64,000 bases of DNA from Octopus bimaculoides (lineage: Eukaryota): contig NC_068982.1 in assembly GCF_001194135.2 (NCBI RefSeq), positions 96,340,640 through 96,404,639 of the forward strand, in the 5' to 3' direction. Positions within the stretch are counted from its first letter, which is position 1; each line of letters begins with the position of its first letter. Shown here piece after piece: positions 35,831 through 49,038 of this stretch. Under the pieces are notes generated by a model. It made no database searches, was not told the origin of the DNA, and saw nothing but the letters and a program-made list of their open reading frames with translations. The translations under genes were made by a program, and so were the position numbers.

Positions 35831-37634
35831 ATGCCATCAAAACAATTGGATTGGGCACCGATATATTGTCTTACTTTCAGATATAACAGACATTCTAATT
35901 GGCCAATCGAAAAGGATCAAAACTCACTTAATCAAACACATACTGTACTCACTGACACTATACGCTACAGCATGTGCACACCTAGCATTGCCACTGCTAT
36001 ACCAGTGTATGAATTGTCAATATTCTCGTTCAGCAGCAGACAATACACATGTTTCAAGTGCAGACTTCTTATATCAGGTACCCATCCTCCTCCACTTTCT
36101 TCCCTGGTTGATACTTTGTAAAGTACCAGTACTTGTAGGTTGAGACACATTGTTGTTTTGGGGCTGACTTTTATCATCCATAAATAAATGCACCTTTGTC
36201 AAATGATGAAATGAATTGAAACCTTAAACAAATCTACAAGTTCAAACAGTTCAAAGGATAGACATCTACTATGTTTTATCTGAACTGTTACTATTAAATT
36301 TGCCCTGATATTATTTTAATTTGTTCTGAGTTTATTTTAATTTTTGTTTTGAAATAATTTAATTAGTTTTGAGTTTGTTTCAATTTGTACATGGAACGGT
36401 ATAGTTGACTCTTAATAGAGTTGTTGTTTAACTCCAAGCCAGCTCTAATCAAGTAGACCTATGACCAAAAAGCATTCTAGCCATGACCACCCTATCTGTA
36501 TTCCAGAAACTACATCATCCAGTTGTGTTCTTCATTTTCTTAGGACAGTAGAGAAAGACTTAAGAGAGATTTGACTGCTATTTTGCACACATAGGAGCTC
36601 CCTTATTGCCTTGGTAGTGGTGCAGGATGACAGTTGTCATCATGTGGTCATGTTGATCATAGTGATGGTCATTGTGGTAATGATTGTGTGTTAAGATGGT
36701 GGTAGTGATGGTGGTATTTAAAGCAATTATCTGTGGTGGTTGTGATTTTTTGGTATTTGGCTTGTTGGTCATGTTGCTTGTTGGTGATACTGCTGTTGAT
36801 CATATAGATGGCAGTGTTACTGCCTCTGCCTCCTCTTCATTGTGGTAATGGTGCTGGCAGTATAATAGTGTATGTATGTAAATGTTTGTTTATGCTGACT
36901 GCATGTATACTTGCATGAGATTGTATATTAGCCTAAGACCATATATCCATGTCTAAATATTGCTGGTTTTCCCCTGTGTATCTATTAGATATGTATATGT
37001 TTTTATGTGGCCTATATGTGTATTTATGTGTTTGTGCATGAATGCATATGTATACATTACTGTTTAGAGCATTGGGGAAGTGGGTTGTTGGCTTGTCTGT
37101 GTATGTATGTGTATAGGTATATATGTGTATGTATGCATTGATTCTAGAGTTACTCTGATAAGATAAGCTGTTGAATCAGAGTTGCTAATTTTTTTGTTTT
37201 TGCTTTTCTTATTTTATTTATTTATTTATTTTTAATGTGTTTTTCATTTGTGCAATGCTTCATTCAGTCCTGGAGAGCTGGTATCAGCCCTAGGTTCGTT
37301 ATAAATATCTAACTTTGAGGTTTATAAGATTGTGAGTTTATGGATTGTTACAGGTATGAAATGGATAAAGTAGATTGTATAATTGTTTGGTGGCTCATGA
37401 GTCATGAGATGACATCATATTGTGGGCTTTTCATTTGCCTAAGCCCACCTGACTGATATGATAATTTGCTTTCCATCCAGGGAAGCAGTTGTTTCTTGTC
37501 TGCTTAAAAACTCCATGAGCCCACCATATGATTTTTTGATGGTTTTGAAAAGCGGTTAACATTTATGTTAACTATCATTGAATATGTTTTGGGTACATAA
37601 GAGTATCAAGGCAGAGTGGGTGTGTCCCTCCACG

Positions 37635-37642
<8 letters not shown>

Positions 37643-37727
<85 letters not shown>
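37643..37727. repeat. (CA)n microsatellite
   Basis: Perfect CA run preceded by (CG)n. Comparable long runs at 43649-43753 (CA) and 45013-45082 (TA). Confidence 0.98.
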
Positions 37728-37730
<3 letters not shown>

Positions 37731-40059
37731 CTTTCTTGCTATGTTAAATGAAGTACAGAAAATAAGACCAGTTTGAAGAAAAACTTTCATTCACGGCTTT
37801 TAGGAAGGTAGAACCAGGTACTTGGTGTTTAATGTGTAATTTTGTTTTGTTGCTGTTAATATAGTTTGTTTTTATTGTAACGTTATTTTACTCTCAATCT
37901 CTCTCTCTCAAATGTCACTTTGAAGAATGGCAAAGCTGCTCTCAAGCTAATACATGCACATACAGCATACATATTCATGCACTTACCCCCACACTCACAC
38001 ACCTTTCACATTTGTTTACTCCTACATTTCACACACATTTATCCACCCACACTTCACACCTAGGCACCTCCCTCCTCCCTGCACCCATTCAGGCAAGCCA
38101 CTCTACCTCACTATTGCATCGACAATTTTTATACATCTACTTTAGCTCAATAAGAGCGTACATATAGACCAGTATAGGCATTTGAGACAGAGGAAAAGTT
38201 AGTAGGCTGAGAGGATGGAAATACAGAAACCAGCAACAAACATACACACGCAAACTTGTGCACAATGGAATGTTGAATCACACACATACACACACACAAT
38301 GAACTGCAAAGATAAACATCCAGAAATCAGAAAATGAAATTTAGAAACACATGTATAGCAAATTGAAGTCCTTTTCACATCCATTACATATGTGTTTGTG
38401 TATGTGTGTGCATGTATGTGTGCATGCACACAGTGATACTTATGCATAAGCACATTTACACACACACACACACACATACACATATATATGAAATGTTATT
38501 TATTTATAAATGTGTGTATGTGTAAACATGTGTCAATGTGCACAGACACAACTATATATACATAACTACATACATATATACATATGTATGTATATCATGG
38601 CTAGTATAATGTTATGTTTTTATTGCTGCATATCCTGGGAATAAAAAGTTCAGAAGAAAGCATATCAAATTGAACTTTTCAATTATTTTCTATAAATAAA
38701 TAACATCTTTAAGAATTGGGGAGCTTGGGACCATTCTGCTTGCTGTTGCAATACAAGAGAGGGGGACGGGTAGATAGGTTGAGAGACAGACGACCAGTGG
38801 AGTAGACAGATAACAGGGGAGAAGGTTGAGTTTTTGTTGAATTCCAGCACACATATTACCAGGATTCTTTCATTTGAATTCTTGGCCCTGTGGGAACCTG
38901 CTTTATTTACTTTCTTTGAAACAAGGACATTATATACCCACCCTGTCTCCTAGAAATAGCAGCTAAAATTTTCCAATATTTCACCCTTCTATCTTAAAAA
39001 GAAAGAAAGGGGCAAGTTTGAAATAGTTAAAAGATTATCTTGAAAGGAATACCTTTGCATGTTGGCCACAGCTGTATTTGATGATGGTTTCTGGAAAGGT
39101 ATTTATGCACCAACTACTGCTTTCCTTTCTTTCTCATAATTTAGAAGTTTTATCATCCATAAATCATCGTTTAAATTTTAATTAGAGGATTTTTGTATTG
39201 CATCAAAATCTCTCACTTTCTACAATACTATAATGAAAAATATCACATCTTATATCTCTCTTACATCATGATATTTAGTCATAGCACATCTGTAAAATAT
39301 ATATTCAGTTGATATATACAAGAAGGATAACTGCATATGTCTCGACATTCACAGAAAATAGATGCATGCTTCACGGTGAATAGTATGCTATGAAGCATCC
39401 TGAGTAAACTGTCTACTTTGCCTTTTATCCTTTCAGGGTTGTTAGAATAGAATACTAGTAAAGTGCTGGGGCTGGTGATACCCACTTACCGCTCCCCTCA
39501 AAATGGCTCGCCTTGCACCTAAATTAGAAGCTTTATTATTCAGCCCCTTATAGATCTATGGTTAAAGATGTTCAAATGTAATAATTCAATCTTTATTTAA
39601 AGTGTAATGTATTCAGAAATAATTTTTTTTTTGTAAGACAGGTGAGTTGTGATATGAAGGAGATGTGGCTCCTGTTTCTAGCAGGTCAAATGACCATGCA
39701 GAGGCCCCTTTTGCATTTAGGAGATACTACATTTCCTGATTGTCTTTGATCTTCCTGTCTAAATGGATTAATATATCCCAGAGTATAGTTGCTTTGTCAT
39801 TTTTATAAGACATTTTGGTTAATGCTACTATTGTTTTCTTTGGTATCCTATAATGCTGGCATAATTCTTAGTAAATAAATGCCTTAATTCAGTCATGCTT
39901 CCTTATATATTTAGTTTGACTAAAACGTGGGTGCCAGAGACAGTATTGTGCCTTCTCAGCCTTTGCATATTCTACAGTTACTTGCATTCTATAAAGGGTG
40001 AGAGCAGCATTATTCTTGGGGAGACTCTGGATGCCAAAGAAGATCAACTGAACAGTCTG

Positions 40060-40570
40060 TTCTGAAAGACTTTCAGCTTATGAACTATTGACAACTTCCA
40101 GAAATCTTTGGCCTGGCAGTGCTACTGGTTGGGGAGGTGGGGCATTACTAGTTCAGGCTAAGCTTTTCAGACATAGAAGTGCTATCAGCTTGGCCTACAT
40201 GAGATGTATGCAAAATAATCAAAATTTTTGTGTATGCATTTGTTTAGTATCTAAGTGTTACTGACTTGCAGAATTATGTCAAATGGTTGTTGTCTGTAGG
40301 ATAGATCTAGCTATCAGCTCAGTCCATTATGAGGATTTCCTCATCTCTTTGTGCCTAAGAAGGGCAGGTAGGTTTACATTGTATAATGTATAGTGCACTA
40401 GACCAAGCCCATATCAACTTCAAGTTCCACTTGGAAGGGTTAGTATGAAGAGGGTAGTGCTACCCTCCAATAGATTTTCTGAATGGTGAGTGAAAGTAAT
40501 GAGAACAGTCCATATGAATGGGCCCAATCTCAGCAAGTATTTTAAACCAGAGAACACAGCTGAGAGAAAG
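40060..40570 (+). mobile_element. Degenerate hAT transposase C-terminal relic
   Basis: Translations LWPGSATGWG...AKLF and SSSTWKG/SMKRV..SNRF...VMRTVHMNGPNLSKYFKPE resemble the hAT dimerisation-domain pattern S.A..ER.FS.MK......NRL.....LM.I..NGP.L..F.P. Confidence 0.45.
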
Positions 40571-42689
40571 CATTTCCCTTTGGTAATTAGGGCAATTCTA
40601 TATCTGTAGTGCATTCTATTTCATATCTTTTGAATACTTTTGTTTGCCATTCCTTTTTGGGATTTTTCCATAATTGATTCTCCATAACCTCTCTGGTTAT
40701 ATTTGTAATTTGTTCTTGTAATGTTCCTTCATTTACCATCCTTGTGTCATTGACATTGTTTAGTGGAGAAGCAGAGAGTAGACCATCACCTTAAACATCT
40801 TATAGTATTTGGTTTCTTCTTATATTTTGAGTTCATATCCCATTGGATTCAACAGTTTGAGGTCAATGGAATAAGTAATACGCATGTATAGAGGTTGATT
40901 TAATCAAATCAACAAATCTGTGGCCTTGTGCCAATGCAGGATGCTATTTTTGTTATTTTGTTGTTGTTTTTATTAGGGCAGTAGATGGCAGAATTGGGAC
41001 AGTGCCAAACAAAATGCTTTGTGGTATTTAATTATGTTCTTTTACATTGTGACTTCAAATGTTGCTGAGGTTGACTTTGTTTTATCTATCCAGGGATCAA
41101 TTAAAGAAAGCAGTACCCGTCATTCAATGGGGTCAATTGAGTTGATTGATTCAACCTTAAACAGCTGTGGCATTATGCTTAATTCAGAAATCATTGTCAA
41201 TAAAATACAGTACCACTCAAGATACAGGTTGATGTAAGAAACTATGTCCTGCTCCTCAAAAGCAACTATGCTTTTGTGGAAAATTTAAAAGACAAAATTA
41301 TATATTTTTTTTTTATTTTCATAAATGTTTATAAATTATTATTTACAATAGACATTATTTTTACAAGTGTCTAGTGAAAAGTATGTTAATGTTATTAACA
41401 ACACTAATAGTTATATTAATTATAGCAATTGATATAGTAAATTCCTCAAGCCTATCCTGTTTGTTTAATGTTCAAACAGCTGCAACATAGTAATAATAGT
41501 AGCAACATCAGTAATATTAGTAGTGATATTTCTGGTATATCTTTCCAATGGTTTCAAGTTGAAAGTTTAATTTAGTCCACAATTAAGACTGTATTTAGTG
41601 ATTACAAATATAATGGTGGTATTAATCTAAATTGAGTCAGCTTCTTTGTCTTTATTGCATGGCTTGCAGCTTACTGTATCAAATTCTTGTATTGTTCAGG
41701 GATTTGCTAATGTGGTTGTGTTTTATTTCTTGCTGCCAAACTATCATGTTTGGTGGCTCCTAACTTAGAACAAACTCTAGGTTACAATATTTAAACACTT
41801 TACAACTATTTGTAATAGGGTATTTTGTGAGGCTATAACTAGTTGGAAACTGTCAGATTAAATTAGTGCAGCAGGGAGGTCTTGGAAGTTACAGGTAATA
41901 TGAAACTGTTAGATTATATTTGTAGGGTATTTGGTGAGGTTCCTTGTAGCAGATAGTTGAGGGTACATGTAGTTGTATCCTCAGCCCCTGGTTGTAAATA
42001 CTTTTAACCAGAAGCATTTCAGCTAAGCTGTCTTTTTGTACCTTTAGGAATACACTGACCAATGTATCTTTGCTATTATAACCATGTGGGGAATGAAGTT
42101 ACATGTAGTAGTTAACTTTGAAGTTAATAATTGTAGAAGACTGGAAAGTTTCAAGTAATTGGAGCTGTGATACCATGAACATAAGAGGCTGGGAGATTAA
42201 CATCAGTCTGAACCTTAGTTTGTAGATGTTGTACACGTGCTACTTCTGTTGAGTAGTGGTAGTGTAAAAATCAAGAAATATTTCTAAATACTAATTAATA
42301 ATTTTGTGATATAATGCTATTGTTTAGTTTCATGTTTGGTTGGACATTAGTTATCATTGTGTTAGGAACTTTTATTGTTATGCTACCTTCTTTTTGCAGA
42401 GGTTGCAACCTACAAGAAATAAGCTAAAGAAAGTGCCTTGTGATTATTAGCATTTGAATGTGTCTCTCTCCTGCTGTCTTAAAAAAAGGCATATGCGATG
42501 ATGTAGCATTTGATATCCTATATCTGGAAAAGACAGGTTGATCATGGCTGGAATTCCTTTGATCACTGGTCTTTCTAGACTAGCGGTAGGCTAAACAACA
42601 GATAAATAAAAGATGATTTGTTGTACAACCTTTGCTAATTGCCATTCATTAAATGTAATTTTAAATGGAGTTATTTACTTTTTGTTAGT

Positions 42690-43175
42690 CAAAATTGGGG
42701 CAGCTGTAGTATATGGTATGTATAGTGAATGGTAACTGAAGTAGTCTAAATTAGGGCAGTAGCAGAGAATGGATGACAGGGTATGTCTAAACTGAGGTAG
42801 TTGCAGAGAATGGGGAATAGAGCTTATCAGAATTAGGGCNNNNNNNNNNGGGGGGGGGGGGTAGTCTGAATTAAGGCAGTTGTACTAAATGGGGAACAGG
42901 GCTTTCTAAATTGGGGCATTTGCAGAGAAGGGGGAACAGAGTTTGTCTAAATTGGGGCATTTGCAGAGAATGGGGAATAGAGCTTATCAGAATTAGGGCA
43001 GTAGTACTGAATGGGGGACAGGGCTATTCTAAATTGGAGCAGTTGTAGTGAATGGGGAATAAGGGACAGGGTTTTTCTAAATTGGGGTAGTTGTAGTGAA
43101 TGGGGGGGGGGGCAGGGCTTTTCTAAATTGGTGCTATTGTAGTGTATTGCAAATATACTAAATTGGAGTAAGTGT
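42690..43175. repeat. 41-bp G-rich minisatellite, ~10 units, interrupted by a short gap
   Basis: Unit consensus approximately GTCTAAATTGGGGCAGTTGCAGAGAATGGGGAACAGGGCTT. Confidence 0.9.
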
Positions 43176-43643
43176 AAATACAATTTAGAAGAATGCTAGG
43201 CAGATGAGATTTTTAGGATATTAGATCTAATTATATATGAAGTGACAATGTTAAACACTCAAACTTTGGCCACCTCTCAAATCCAGGCTGACCCGTATGG
43301 CTTATGGAGTGTTCCCTTAGGCTAACAAATAAATAAAAACAAGACAGATTTGACCTTTTTAACCTTCTAATACATTTTTATTTGCATAAAGGTATAATGA
43401 CATAACTACAGATAGTTAAAGCAGGGACTCACATATGTAGTACAAGTCAAGAAACTTCAATTTACAGAGATTATCCTTGCAAATTACTAAACAAAACCTC
43501 ATCTCTAAAATCTAAAAACAAAACAATAAAATCATGATTAAAATTTTGGGGAAAAATAGAAAATGCAGTTAGTAATAGGAGTGGTGAAAGCAAGACTCGT
43601 TTCAATTGTACTAGCTCTCTTCAACAAAGCATTATTTATGAAA

Positions 43644-43755
<112 letters not shown>

Positions 43756-45008
43756 GTAAACAAAAAGAATTTGTATATGTTAGTATAAGTTGTGCTTTAT
43801 GATGTTTAGCTCTTCCAGGACTGAGACATAGAGTTAGATAACTGGATGATAATTGGTTAAATTTAAATTTGGATTCTACATGGTTAGTTGGTGTGTGTGA
43901 AATGCTGACAGAGTGTTTCAAGATGTGGTCTTGAAGAAGAAGGATAGGACAAAATATTTAGTTTGGCAACTGGGTGATGTGAAAACTAGGTGATAGGAGG
44001 TGGAGTGTTGGTATATTAATCAAGTTTAGGTTCAGATAGTACAGAATTGGTAATTTTAAAGTAACAGAGCCAATTGTAGTACATCTGTCGAAGTTTATCA
44101 TAGGGATTTAGTTAAAAAAGAAAATGAACACTGATAAATGAATCATCTTTATGCACTTTATAAACTGTATAAATAGTAGACTCAGTGATACCAAACTCGC
44201 AGCCCATAGCAAGAAATCTCCCACTGTTATATATTTTCTTGATCATCTCTACCTTTTCCTGTAGGGAATACACCCATTTGCTTTATCTGTTAGGATCAGA
44301 CTCCTTTGTATTTTTGCTGTTCACTGGTCCCGTGTTGATGGGTACAAGTATGTAAACCTCATAGTACAAATATGTAAACACAAGCAATAGACAGTGCATT
44401 GGGTAGCTGAGCATTGTGAGTGGTTGCTGGGGTGCATTTTTGCAAAACAAGCAGACTCTTTAACTAATTGCCGACCTGTGTTATTACAGACCAGTCTGTG
44501 GTAATCATAACATGGTTCACAATTAAGCATACTGTGTTATCCTGGATCAGTGATGAATGAATCAGTGATAAGCAAGCCTGTATGTATCTGCTTGGAAAGT
44601 TTGGGAGGATATGCTATATGTAGTTGGAGAGTTTTGGTTAGTGAAAGCTTTCCTTTTAGGGGAATATAATTATTATAGTAACAATAAAAGTATAAAGTCA
44701 TATTTATATGCATTTAGTTTTACAGCAAAATTAAGTTCATTAGGGCCTTTTTCAGCAGCTTGGGATGATGTCTGAGCTAATTGGTTTCAGCTATTATTAC
44801 CAGCAGTTTGGGAGGGAGATGGGAGCACATCCTGATAAATTGTTAAATAACAATGAAACTGGTTGGTCTAATCTTTATCCTTAGCTGCTAAAAAGCCATC
44901 ATGGGCCTAATTTCAAAGTGAGACTGAATAGATATTGGGTATTAGTCTGTGTATTTATATATTTTATCAGATAGGCTCTTTCCTTGGATGATGTATAAAT
45001 CTATATCA

Positions 45009-45086
<78 letters not shown>

Positions 45087-47600
45087 TGTGTATGTGAGGA
45101 TGTGTATATGTATGTGGTGTTCAGACAAATTTAAAATAGTTATCACAGCGAGAAAAACAAAATACCTTATTGAGTATTTTTCATTAGCAAGCTGCTGAAT
45201 GTTATCCAGTTGATATTCTCATCACCATCCATCTGTTAGAGAACACTTTAGAAACCAATTTCGGTAAGAGTTAATGCACATTGCTATAGCAACTCTACTA
45301 CTTTTGAAGTTACTTCGCAGTTTCATATTTACTTGTTATTTAGAATGTTGTATTTGTTATCTATTTATTTATTTATTCTTGTTTGTTAACAACTTACATT
45401 GAACTCACATTCATCATTATTTCAGTTTAGATTTTTAATAGCTCTACCACATGTCTGGCATCTCTGATATCATCTTATGTTATTAGGTATAATACCATGA
45501 TATTATGAAGAGAATAGAATCTGTTTCAAATGTGAGATTTTCTTCATTATATCTCATTGATTAGAAGTGCAGCAGTTGAGTGGTTACAGTGTTGAAAGCA
45601 CATCTGTAGTTTCATGCTATAACATTTAACTAACCAACCATACCTCATTCAACTAATTGACTACATCTGCATGTTCTTCATAGTGTAAGAAGCATGACAT
45701 ACAGTTTTGAAATATGGGCCATGAATTTGGAGGAAATTGAATGATCTGAAATATGAATTTGATCTGGTTGACTTACAGCGTTAATTCTATCAAAATGACA
45801 GAATGCACACAAGTTGAAAGATTAGCTAGGCATTAAGGCTTGTGCATGCCTTGAGGAAAATGGACATTAAATGATGAAATAGTTGTGCTGATATAATCAT
45901 ATAATGCAAATTGATTAAAAAATATTTTTTTATAGTTTAGAGGAAGAAGAGCAGTGCCCATGAATTATTTCTAAATCTTCAACACTGATGGGGGAAATAG
46001 ATGGAGGAAGAAACCACTCCTGGTTTACTACAATAGGAAATAGTGCATCAAGATATTAAATTACCCTCAGACTGGAGCCCCAGTTTGAATCCTTTAAACA
46101 GTGTGAACACAAAGTGCCAAATGGTGATTTTTAAACAAGATCACTGATTAAATCTATCATCTAAGAACAAATATGCTTTACTTGATGGATTTCTTGTACA
46201 ATTTCTGTATATTCAGTTTCACTTGCAAGGCTCTGGTTGGCCTACAACTTTTACAGTGGTATGAATGGGGTTGCACCCAGAACCATGTGACAACAAAACC
46301 AAACTAAGCAAAACATTTGAACATTTTAAAAGTGGTCATTGACATGTGCAAGCTGATTCTGTTGTGAATTGATGGCAGAGAGTATTCATGGGAAAATGTG
46401 GTGAGGTTAAATTTGGAAAAAATTGAACTGGTATGGTTAGATGGTGCACAATTAAGACAATTACATTTCAATTGTATTGAAAATAAATCATAGCTAGATA
46501 AAAACGGCCATTAAGAAAATAGCACATTGGTCATCATATGTATTACAGATGCAGGTATGGCTGTGTGGTTAAGAAGTTTGCCTCAGAACATTGTGGTTAG
46601 CATGAACACTCTCTGTTGGTGTTATATAGTATAGTCATGGGTAAACCAATACCTTGTGAGTGAAACTGGTAGACAGAAACTGAAGAAGCCTGTCATATGT
46701 TTGCATATATATATGGCCATGCTCAAATGGTTTTACGTGCCACCCACACAGGAGCCAGTCCAGCAGCACTGGCAATGACCTCGCTCGAATGTTTGTTCAC
46801 GTGCCACTGGCACAAGTGCCATAAAGGCAACATGGTGTAGAAAAACTAAGGAAGACATAGCAATAAGTGAAGTCTGATCTGAGAGGCTGGTTTGTCTTCA
46901 TGTAGAAACCATGCTACACTATCAAGAGAAATGCTTATTTACTATACTGCAGATCCAAGCAGCATGCAAAAATAAAGTATTAACTTGATGTTGTGATGAT
47001 GTTGATGACATGTGTATTGCAAACAATACACAAATTAAAGCAAAGATAATTCCATTGCAAATTGGTGGGGATAGGTATGTGCATGTAGGCTTGAATAGTT
47101 GTGTGTGTGTGTGGTTGGTTGGTTGGTTAAGTTTGCTGCCTGATCACATTGTTTGGGGTTTAGTTCCACTGCATAGCACATTGGGTGGGTGTCTTCTACT
47201 TTTGTCTTGGGCTGACCAAAGCCTTGTAATTAGATTTGGTAGATGAACATGAAAGAAAAAGAAGAGCGTTGTATGTGTGTATAAATACATAAGTGTGTGT
47301 GTGTGTGTCTTTGTTTTGACATCACATGTTAGTTGTGTTTATCCCTGTCATGCTACCAGTGTCATTCATTTACATTATTCTGTGAAAACAGGTTTGTCCA
47401 TGGGGAAATATTACATTGCTTGGAAATAGGCAAGGGTCAGTGACAGGAAGGGCATCTGGCCATAGAAAATTTATCTGAATAAACTCTAACAAGCATGAAA
47501 AAGTGGATGCTAGAACAACGATGATAATTGTGTGTGTGTTTGTATATATGTGTATATAATATGTATAATATGTATGTATATGTATGTGTGTTTGTATAGG

Positions 47601-47975
47601 CACATAAAAAGCACCATTTGAGCGTGATCATTGCCAGCATCGCCTGACTGGCTCCTGTGCCAGTGGAACATAAAAAACACCATTCAAGCATGGTCATTGC
47701 CAGTGCCGCTGGACTGGCTCCTGTGCAGATGGCACGTAAAAAGCACCATTTGAGTGTGGTCAATGCCAGTACCACCTGACTGGCCCTTGTGCCGGTGGCA
47801 CATAAAAGCACCCACTACACTCTCATAGTGGTTGGCATTAGGAAGGGCATCCAGCTGTAGAAACTTTGCCAGATAAGATTGGAGCCTGGTGCAGCCTTCA
47901 GGCTCGCCAGCCCTCTGTCAAACCGTCCAACCCATACCAGTATGGAAAGCAGATGTTAAATGACAATGATGATTA
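47601..47975 (+). mobile_element. SINE with three internal 66-bp tandem units and an RTE-like tail
   Basis: Units start at ~47602, 47668 and 47734 (..TAAAAAGCACCATT...GCCAG...CTGGC...GTGCC...GGCAC), followed by CCCACTACACTCTC...GGAAGGGCATCCAGCTGTAG...(GAT)n. An inverted unit lies at ~46740-46830. Confidence 0.85.
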
Positions 47976-48657
47976 TGATATATATGTATGTAGATGTGTG
48001 TACACAGACATACATGCACTACTTTGGATAAATGCATGTGTATATATCAATGTATGTATGAGTGGATAGATATGAATGTATGTTTAGACACATAATCCAA
48101 TGGATTTTGTCTCAATCAGCAGAAAATTTGAACTCGTCTTTCATCTATTTTCAGTATGATGGAGGTAGTTTTTCTAATGATATTTCCTTTTCAATTTGTT
48201 GAGAGTGTTATTGTTTTTACTTTTTTTAAGATATATTTTGTTACTTCTATATATTTTTCTCTCTCCATCTAAAAACATTAATTTTCTGGGCCAGTAATAT
48301 GCAGGATATATTTCACTTGTTTGCTCTTTGACTATTTTTAATACTTACAATACATATTGCACTTTTAGAAAAGTTAGCGTTTCAAATAGTTAATAACTTT
48401 CTTGTTTTTGGTTCCTTTCGGACCTACTGATTACTAGTATGGTAGTGATAATATTTACTTTATTCTTCCTATATTTACAGCAAAACATGGAATTTCTATA
48501 TTTGTTTTATTTTGGTTGGAANNNNNNNNNNNNNNNNNNNNNNNNNNNNNNNNNNNNNNNNNNNNNNNNNNNNNNNNNNNNNNNNNNNNNNNNNNNNNNN
48601 NNNNNNNNNNNNNNNNNNNNNNNNNNNNNNNNNNNNNNNNNNNNNNNNNNNNNCCTT

Positions 48658-49038
48658 GGAGATGCAATGGCCCAGTGGTTAGGGCAGCGGACTCGCGGTC
48701 ATAGGATCGCGGTTTCGATTCCCAGACCGGGCGTTGTGAGTGTTTATTGAGCGAAAACACCTAAAGCTCCGCGAGGCTCCGGCAGGGGATGGTGGCGAAC
48801 CCTGCCGTACTCTTCCACCACAACTTTCTCTCACTCTTACTTCCTGTTTCTGTTGTGCCTGTAATTCAAAGGGTCAGCCTTGTCACACTGTGTCACACTG
48901 AATATCCCTGAGAACTATGTTAAGGGTACACGTGTCTGTGGAGTGCTCAGCCACTTGCACGTTAATTTCACGAGCAGGCTGTTCCGTTGATCAGATCAAC
49001 TGGAACCCTCGACGTCGTAAGCGACGGAGTGCCAACAA
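48658..49038 (+). mobile_element. Young tRNA-derived SINE, full length
   Basis: A-box TGGCCCAGTGG, B-box-like GTTTCGATTCCC and retained CpGs; near-identical to 10464-10854. Confidence 0.9.

Noticed and set aside
35792-36143. Plus-strand ORFs of 109 and 147 aa next to the piggyBac fossil
   Set aside because: No ATG-led coding character or recognised domain; partly the antisense shadow of the transposase region.
42795-42803. let-7-like TGAGGTAGT
   Set aside because: Only 9 nt, inside a minisatellite unit, with no hairpin.
43240-43321. Minus-strand LREHSISHTGQPGF resembling a C2H2 linker
   Set aside because: No upstream CxxC, isolated, and the frame ends in a stop.
44264-44346. Exon candidate with a strong acceptor and GTATGT donor; a similar one at ~50312-50384
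   Set aside because: Peptides are unrecognisable and no consistent phase chain links the candidates; indistinguishable from chance without RNA data.
47601-47810. CRISPR-like or HDV-ribozyme interpretation of the 66-bp array
   Set aside because: There are no unique spacers (whole units are homologous) and the context is eukaryotic. The helix order lacks the P3/P1.1 elements of the HDV fold.
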